A stretch of DNA of 64,000 bases, taken from Candidatus Latescibacterota bacterium (lineage in GTDB: Bacteria > Latescibacterota > UBA2968 > GCA-2709665). The notes under the pieces are model-generated. The model saw only the letters and a list, made by a program, of their open reading frames with translations, was not told the DNA's origin and did not search any database. Positions 58,574 through 64,000 of this stretch are shown here, in pieces. The stretch is from positions 352,001 through 416,000 of the forward strand of contig OZ244937.1 of the NCBI GenBank assembly GCA_965222075.1, read 5' to 3'. The position numbers and the translations under genes are program-made. Within the stretch, counting starts at the first letter, position 1, and the number at the start of each line of letters is the position of its first letter.

Positions 58574-60424
58574 ATGGAAAAATTATCAAACAAGATTGAT
58601 GCTAGGGACCGAACGGTTTCCGAAGTCCTTAACGAAAAGAAGTATACGGTAGACTATTTCCAACGTGAGTTTAATTGGGAAGCCAAGCATATTGAACAAT
58701 TGGTCACTGACTTAACCTCGGCATTTCTAAGAGAATACACTCCTGGTGATAGTCGCGAGAAAGGTGAGAAATATAACAGTTATTATCTGGGTCCGTTTGT
58801 CATAAGTGAGCAAGAGAGTACCCGAATCATCATTGATGGGCAACAACGTCTGACCTCCCTAACGTTATTGCTTATGTATCTGAATAATCTTCAAAAGAAA
58901 TATGGCTTTGAAGAAAACATCAAACCACTGTTCCTATCCGATTATCGAGGCCAAGAGTCATTCAATATTCAAGTTGATGAACGAATTGAATGTATGGATC
59001 AGTTGTACAAATGTGGAGAATATCATACAAGAGAAGGTGATGATCCGTCTGCGATCAATATGGCAGAGAGATACATCGATATTGTGCAAGCGTTTCCGGA
59101 AGAAGAAATTAAAGAAGATAACTTGCTGTCGTTTATTGACTGGATCAAATACAACGTCATATTGGTTGAGATCGTAGCATATTCAGATGACAACGCATAT
59201 ACAATATTTGAAACTATGAATGATCGTGGCCTGAATTTGACCCCGACAGAAATGTTAAAAGGATTCGTCTTGTCTCGGTTTCAAGATTCAACTAAAAGAC
59301 AGCGGGCTAATGAGACCTGGAAGAAGGCTGTCCAAGATGTGCAAAGCTACGATAGAGATGAGGATCAACGCTTCTTCCAAGCATGGCTGCGAGGTCAATA
59401 TGCAAAGACCATTCGCCAAGCACGTGAAGGTTCACAGAATGAGGATTTTGAAAGAATAGGTACACGTTTCCATAGTTGGGTACGTGGCAATCTTGCCAAG
59501 ATGGAACTATATGAGGAACGACCGGATAGTTTCGAGGAATTTGTTAATGTACGCCTGAAGTTTTTCTTAAAGGCTTATTTGAAAATACTGGATTCTAATA
59601 GCACGCTCTCGCGGCAGTTAGAGCATGTCCACTATATTCACCAATGGGGTATTGCATCCTCACTCAGCTACCCACTTTTGCTTGCACCCCTAAAGGTGGA
59701 TGATGACGATCAGTTGGTTGACAAGAAGATGAATACTGTTGCGAAATATATCGAAGCCTTTGTAGTGCGTCGTTCTGTGAATTTCCGAAAATTCGCGGCG
59801 AGTTCGATTCGCTATACAATGTATTCGTTGGTAAAAAAGATTCGCAATAAGGACCTTGATGAGTTAAGAAATATCCTGACCAATTCCCTTGCTGATATGG
59901 AAGAAAAATTCGACGGTATGTCTCCTTTTCGGTTGCATGGGCAAAACCGAAAGTTCGTGAAATTTTTGTTGTCTCGAATTACGGCGTTCATAGAACAGAA
60001 CTCTGGGATGAACACTACGTTTGAGACGTACTATCATTCTCCCAACGGAAAACCCTTTCAGATAGAACATATTTGGGCTGATAAATTCGATGAACATCGT
60101 GATGAATTCGAGCAAAAAACAGATTTTGACGAATACAGGAATCGTATTGGCGATCTAGTGCTCCTGCCACAAGGCACGAATCAATCGTTTAAAGCAAGAC
60201 CATATTGTGAGAAATTAAAGCATTACGTCAAGGAAAACCTGCTGGTAAGATCACTATGTCCTCTGTCATACGAGAGCGGTCCGAATTTTCAATCAATGAT
60301 TCAAAATCTGGGCTTGCCTTTTGAGTCGCATGAGCAATTCAAGAAGGGCGATATTGTTAAGCGTCAAACATTGTATCAACGCATTTGTGAAGTTATATGG
60401 GATGATTTCAATAGGGAATATTGA
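58574..60424 (+). CDS. GmrSD-like DUF262/DUF1524 modification-dependent nuclease
   Basis: FQREFNW, IIDGQQRLTS, IFETMNDRG; HNH-like IEHIW...NRIGDLVLL...N; low GC. Confidence 0.9.
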   Translation: MEKLSNKIDARDRTVSEVLNEKKYTVDYFQREFNWEAKHIEQLVTDLTSAFLREYTPGDSREKGEKYNSYYLGPFVISEQESTRIIIDGQQRLTSLTLLLMYLNNLQKKYGFEENIKPLFLSDYRGQESFNIQVDERIECMDQLYKCGEYHTREGDDPSAINMAERYIDIVQAFPEEEIKEDNLLSFIDWIKYNVILVEIVAYSDDNAYTIFETMNDRGLNLTPTEMLKGFVLSRFQDSTKRQRANETWKKAVQDVQSYDRDEDQRFFQAWLRGQYAKTIRQAREGSQNEDFERIGTRFHSWVRGNLAKMELYEERPDSFEEFVNVRLKFFLKAYLKILDSNSTLSRQLEHVHYIHQWGIASSLSYPLLLAPLKVDDDDQLVDKKMNTVAKYIEAFVVRRSVNFRKFAASSIRYTMYSLVKKIRNKDLDELRNILTNSLADMEEKFDGMSPFRLHGQNRKFVKFLLSRITAFIEQNSGMNTTFETYYHSPNGKPFQIEHIWADKFDEHRDEFEQKTDFDEYRNRIGDLVLLPQGTNQSFKARPYCEKLKHYVKENLLVRSLCPLSYESGPNFQSMIQNLGLPFESHEQFKKGDIVKRQTLYQRICEVIWDDFNREY

Positions 60425-60730
60425 CACTTGCCCTATATGCCCCGACAAGGGCCAACTGTAAGTTGACGGGTGTTTTGGAAGCTTCCACCGTCACGGGTTG
60501 TGTCCTACCGCCCATGGAAATGTGAAGAACATATCTTGATAGACTTAGCAGAACTCTTTTCTAAACAGTGGCTTGAAAAAATAAAATTTCGAGCGATGTT
60601 GAAAATGCCTATGATTACAGTACCTCAGATAGAACAGGTTTGTAATAACAGTGAGACTGGCAAGAAAAAAATCGGCCAGATTTTACTCGCGGCATCTCAA
60701 GCTGTCTCAGTCAGATTACCATCAGAGGTT

Positions 60731-61531
60731 TTACAGCAGTTTCGCAGTTGGATAGAATGAATATCCTAAGACAGCCGCTTGTAACGGCGCACCGGGCTGC
60801 TGATCGGACTCAATTTCCGGATACTCCAGCCACTGGCGTCCATCCAGCGTATTCCCGCCCGCTTTGGGTGTACGCCCGCCCCATTGTTTGAAGAAGAAGG
60901 CCACGCGCTGGTCCTGACACTGGTCGCGCAATTCACGTACCCACTCTGTCTGCACCGGACGGGCTCCCGGCCCGCTTTCCCCTCCGGCAATTACCCAGTG
61001 AATATCCTCCAGATCCACGGTGCCCATGGGACCGAGCAAGGGCTCGAATGAGACGAAGCGGACGGTAGCGTTGGTCTGTTTCAGGTGCCGGAGGCGTGTC
61101 AAGGCTGCGTGGTTTTCGATGGAGACGCCGAGCCAGATGTGCGGGGGAGCAGCCTGGTCCCGGTAGCGGGCCTGGACGAAACGGCGCATCAGCGAGCTGC
61201 GCTTGGTGAGCACCTGGTAGATGTGCCAATCGGCGCGTTCCATGGTGTCGAATACGCGCTCGATGTACCCGGTGGGAATGTCCTTGTGGAAGAGATCGCT
61301 CATCGAGTTGACGAAGATGAGCTGAGGACGCCGCCAGTGCGTGGGCTGTTCGAGGCGGTCGGGGCGAAGGGTCAGATCAAAGCCGGTCTCGAAAGGGTGT
61401 CCCTCGACGCCTCGGAAGCGCTCGGAAAGGCGCTCGGCATAGCAATGGTCGCAACCGGCGCTGACCTTTGTGCAGCCGGTGACCGGGTTCCAGGTGCTGT
61501 TGGTCCACTCAATGGCGCTTTTGTGAGACAT
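60731..61531 (-). CDS. DUF5131 (phage Gp37/Gp68 family) radical-SAM-like protein
   Basis: [59 protein letters not shown]. Confidence 0.92.
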   Translation of the reverse strand: MSHKSAIEWTNSTWNPVTGCTKVSAGCDHCYAERLSERFRGVEGHPFETGFDLTLRPDRLEQPTHWRRPQLIFVNSMSDLFHKDIPTGYIERVFDTMERADWHIYQVLTKRSSLMRRFVQARYRDQAAPPHIWLGVSIENHAALTRLRHLKQTNATVRFVSFEPLLGPMGTVDLEDIHWVIAGGESGPGARPVQTEWVRELRDQCQDQRVAFFFKQWGGRTPKAGGNTLDGRQWLEYPEIESDQQPGAPLQAAVLGYSFYPTAKLL

Positions 61532-61570
61532 GAGAGCCCCCTGCGTAACCAAAAAATACCACTGCACATA

Positions 61571-61599
61571 AGTATAGCATTTCCCCGGCCAAATGTCAA
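61571..61599 (-). promoter_or_regulatory. Sigma70 promoter of DUF5131 gene
   Basis: Minus strand TTGACA-N17-TATACT with TG extension. Confidence 0.75.
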
Positions 61600-61621
61600 G
61601 GCGGCGAGTGGGTGGGGGGAA

Positions 61622-61644
61622 AGATGGATAAAGAGGATAGATAG
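61622..61644. repeat. Left-arm half copy of the palindromic element
   Basis: AGATGGATAAAGAGGATAGATAG after GTGGGGGGAA, parallel to the 53338-53374 junction. Confidence 0.55.
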
Positions 61645-61708
61645 AAAGACACCAATCATGGGCTTGATACCCAAGCCTAAAACCGTCCACTAAACCGGGG
61701 TAACTCCA

Positions 61709-62191
61709 ATGCCAATGAAGGAGCTTCTTCTTTTCAAAGTCTTGTTGCCCATAGCGAAAGTTTATTGGAAGATTTTTCGCCCAAAAACGTTCGGCGTTAA
61801 AGGAATAATACCAAATCACAATGACGATCGGCAAGTACTATTGATACGGAACTCATATGGTAATAGGCAGCTATGGAATATTCCAGGGGGGGGCTATAGT
61901 CCAATGCGAGAAATGCCGGATAGCGCTATTGAGCGAGAAATCAGGGAAGAATTATCTATAACACCATTTAAGATTCAAGAGCTAGGAGAATATATCACTG
62001 ATGTAGAGGGGAAACGTGACACCGTTACCATATTTCTCTGCCGTATAACTTCAGCACACTTCAACGTCAATCGTGAAATTGCTGAATTTACATGGGTTTC
62101 GATAAATAATCTCGACCAGATTCGAAATATTGCACGCGTAGCTTCATACGGAATAGAACTCTATAAACAAACTCTTACTAGTCCTAAATAA
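61709..62191 (+). CDS. NUDIX hydrolase
   Basis: WNIPGGG....E....A..REIREEL Nudix box. Confidence 0.85.
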   Translation: MPMKELLLFKVLLPIAKVYWKIFRPKTFGVKGIIPNHNDDRQVLLIRNSYGNRQLWNIPGGGYSPMREMPDSAIEREIREELSITPFKIQELGEYITDVEGKRDTVTIFLCRITSAHFNVNREIAEFTWVSINNLDQIRNIARVASYGIELYKQTLTSPK

Positions 62192-62353
62192 GCGAGTTTT
62201 GATCATCGGATCAGTATTTGGTCATGCACAACGAGCTTCGAATAGGATATTTCGCTATATTGAGAACAGAGACACGACGCACGACTATCTCGAAATCAGA
62301 GGGATAGATCTCAAGAATGAGAAAACGCCAAATTCAACGGGGTCGCGTCTGAA

Positions 62354-63118
62354 ATGCCAATTTCATATCCGATTCTTGAGTTCGACGAGGAACGGGAAGC
62401 TGTCATCGAGCCGTCGAGAGCGATCAAGCATCGCGACGTCCCGGAATACTGCGTCATCTGCTACTTTCGGGAGACAATCGAACGTGTGAGTGAACAACTG
62501 GCGCTTAGACCATTACGACCGATCGAATCTGAGATGGAAGATATGCGTCTCTACTCTGGAGAATACGATGGACAGACGGTGGCGATTCTTCCCGGCGTGG
62601 TAGGAGCCCCTCTGGCCGTGGGTTGCCTGGAGGAAGTGATCGCTAGGGGTGGACGCAAATTCATCGTTTGCGGAAGCGCGGGTGTTCTCGATCGGTCCAT
62701 CGCAAGCGGCCATATCGTTGTCCCGACGTCTGCTTTAAGGGACGAAGGCACATCGTATCACTACCTGCCGCCAAGCCGGCAGGTCGAGCCGACGCCGGAA
62801 GCCGTCAAAGCGATCATAGCGTCTCTCAAAGAGCACGGATACGGTTACGTCGAAGGCAAGACCTGGACAACGGACGCGTTTTATCGAGAGACCCGAGCAA
62901 AGGTAGCAAAGCGCCGTGATGAAGGATGCATTACGGTTGAAATGGAAGCGGCTGCGTTATTTGCGGTCGCTCGATTTCGCGGTGTTCAATTGGCGCAACT
63001 GCTCTACGGGTCGGACGATGTCGGCGGTGCCGAGTGGGACCCCAGGGATATGGGAAAAGAGATCTCTGTCAGGGAAGCGCTTTTCTGGCTGGCGTTGAAC
63101 GCATGTCTCAGACTGTGA
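62354..63118 (+). CDS. Nucleoside phosphorylase (PNP/UDP family)
   Basis: [36 protein letters not shown]. Confidence 0.9.
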   Translation: MPISYPILEFDEEREAVIEPSRAIKHRDVPEYCVICYFRETIERVSEQLALRPLRPIESEMEDMRLYSGEYDGQTVAILPGVVGAPLAVGCLEEVIARGGRKFIVCGSAGVLDRSIASGHIVVPTSALRDEGTSYHYLPPSRQVEPTPEAVKAIIASLKEHGYGYVEGKTWTTDAFYRETRAKVAKRRDEGCITVEMEAAALFAVARFRGVQLAQLLYGSDDVGGAEWDPRDMGKEISVREALFWLALNACLRL

Positions 63119-63135
63119 TGGTCTGACTTCCGTTA

Positions 63136-63358
63136 TCGAAAGGGTGTCCTTCGACGCCGCGGAAGCGCTCGGAAAGGCGCTCGGCATAGCAATGGTCGCA
63201 ACCGGCGCTGACCTTTGTGCAGCCGGTAACGGGGTTCCAGGTGCTGTTGGTCCACTCGATGGCGCTTTTGTGAGACATGAGAGCCCCCTGCGTAACCAAA
63301 ATTATACTGAACATAAGTATAGTATTTTTTCAGCCAAATGTCAAGGCGGCGAGTGGGT
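63136..63358 (-). pseudogene. 5' fragment of DUF5131 gene with its promoter (63316-63344)
   Basis: Copy of 61389-61612; TTGACA-N17-TATACT retained; ORF truncated after GHPF. Confidence 0.9.
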
Positions 63359-63374
63359 GAGTGTGGGGGGAAAC

Positions 63375-63406
63375 ACTGAAACCCCTGAAATCCTGTTCAT
63401 CCATGT
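63375..63406. repeat. Right-arm half copy of the palindromic element
   Basis: ACTGAAACCCCTGAAATCCTGTTCATCCATGT after GTGTGGGGGG. Confidence 0.75.
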
Positions 63407-63442
63407 GGATAAATTCGAATGTTATAACGATATAGAGGAATT

Positions 63443-63988
63443 GTGAGACAGTTGCTGCTGATCAGACATTGTCAATCCTCAGGACAAGAACCGGACGCTG
63501 CACTGACAGAGATTGGGCGAAATCAGGCGGAAACACTCGCTGGTTTCTTGTCTGACTACCCGATCGATATGATTGTCTCCAGTTCCTACACCCGGGCACG
63601 GCAAAGCATTGAGCCGTTTGCTGTCAAAACGGGATTGCCTGTCCATCCGGACCACCGTCTGATTGAACGCAGGCTTTCAGAGCACGCGATTGACAACTGG
63701 CGTGAGGTGATCCGCGACTCATTTGAAGATCTGACGTTGCGGGCACCGGGAGGTGAGTCGGCAAGCGAAGTGTTAGACCGTGGCTGGGCAGCAATAACCG
63801 ATCTACTTGACGGTGGATATCGGTTCCCAATTGCGGTGACCCATGGGAACCTGTTGAGTCTGATCTTGAACTCACTGGACCGTAATTTCGGTTACGGTGG
63901 ATGGGCCTCCCTATCGAATCCAGACGTATTCGCGCTAAAAGAAGCCGACGATGGTCGATGGGTATTCGAGAGACTCTGGTCTGTATAG
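63443..63988 (+). CDS. Histidine phosphatase family protein
   Basis: LIRHCQS (RHG-like), SS.Y.RA.QS, L.ER, GGES, VTHGN. Confidence 0.87.
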   Translation: MRQLLLIRHCQSSGQEPDAALTEIGRNQAETLAGFLSDYPIDMIVSSSYTRARQSIEPFAVKTGLPVHPDHRLIERRLSEHAIDNWREVIRDSFEDLTLRAPGGESASEVLDRGWAAITDLLDGGYRFPIAVTHGNLLSLILNSLDRNFGYGGWASLSNPDVFALKEADDGRWVFERLWSV

Positions 63989-64000
63989 GCCTACGTCTGT

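Noticed and set aside
60470-60760. 96-aa ORF after GmrSD and ORFs in 38665-39295
   Set aside because: No clear RBS or motifs; those at 38.9-39.3 kb overlap non-coding repeats.
61532-61834. N-terminal 101-aa extension of the DUF5131 ORF
   Set aside because: It overlaps the divergent NUDIX gene and the gene's own promoter; family homology begins at MSHKSAIEW (61531).
39351-63358. Diversity-generating retroelement TR/VR pairs (Uma2, hicBA and DUF5131 duplications)
   Set aside because: Mismatches are not confined to adenines and there is no reverse transcriptase in the window.
46853-63406. Classical integron attC sites
   Set aside because: The palindromes lack RYYYAAC/GTTRRRY ends and no tyrosine integrase is present in the window.

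Overview
High-GC bacterial chromosome window with two halves. Positions 1-38.6 kb are core metabolism: an E. coli-type fumarate reductase operon (frdABCD, minus strand), a PLP enzyme, an oxidoreductase, hemB, trpS, a GNAT and a GT2. These are followed by a ~28 kb co-oriented bioenergetic cluster: nuoA-B-CD-E-F-G-H-J-K-L-M, then a 10-gene Mrp Na+/H+ antiporter block, then nuoN and a full F1Fo ATP synthase operon. nuoI is absent, and nuoJ and nuoL carry frameshifts that are probably sequencing errors. Positions 38.9-64 kb are an accessory/defence region: Uma2, three hicBA pairs, an M16 lipoprotein peptidase, a type I R-M system (HsdR plus fused HsdM-S), a GxxExxY nuclease, a NucS-like/EVE-like nuclease, a large PIN-domain protein, GmrSD, DUF5131, IS5 relics and many partial gene duplications. 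Three observations stand out. (1) A ~70 bp palindromic element (ACATGGAT..ACAGGAT..ATCCTGT..ATCCATGT) encloses the GxxExxY gene, has a 9-bp microsatellite expansion in one copy, and recurs as empty or half copies at module junctions, usually just after an hsdS-3'-end-like G-rich motif. (2) A 33-bp palindrome family has one copy inserted in-frame into the ATP synthase epsilon gene. (3) The Mrp block sits between nuoM and nuoN. All product calls come from motif recognition by eye; no database search was run.
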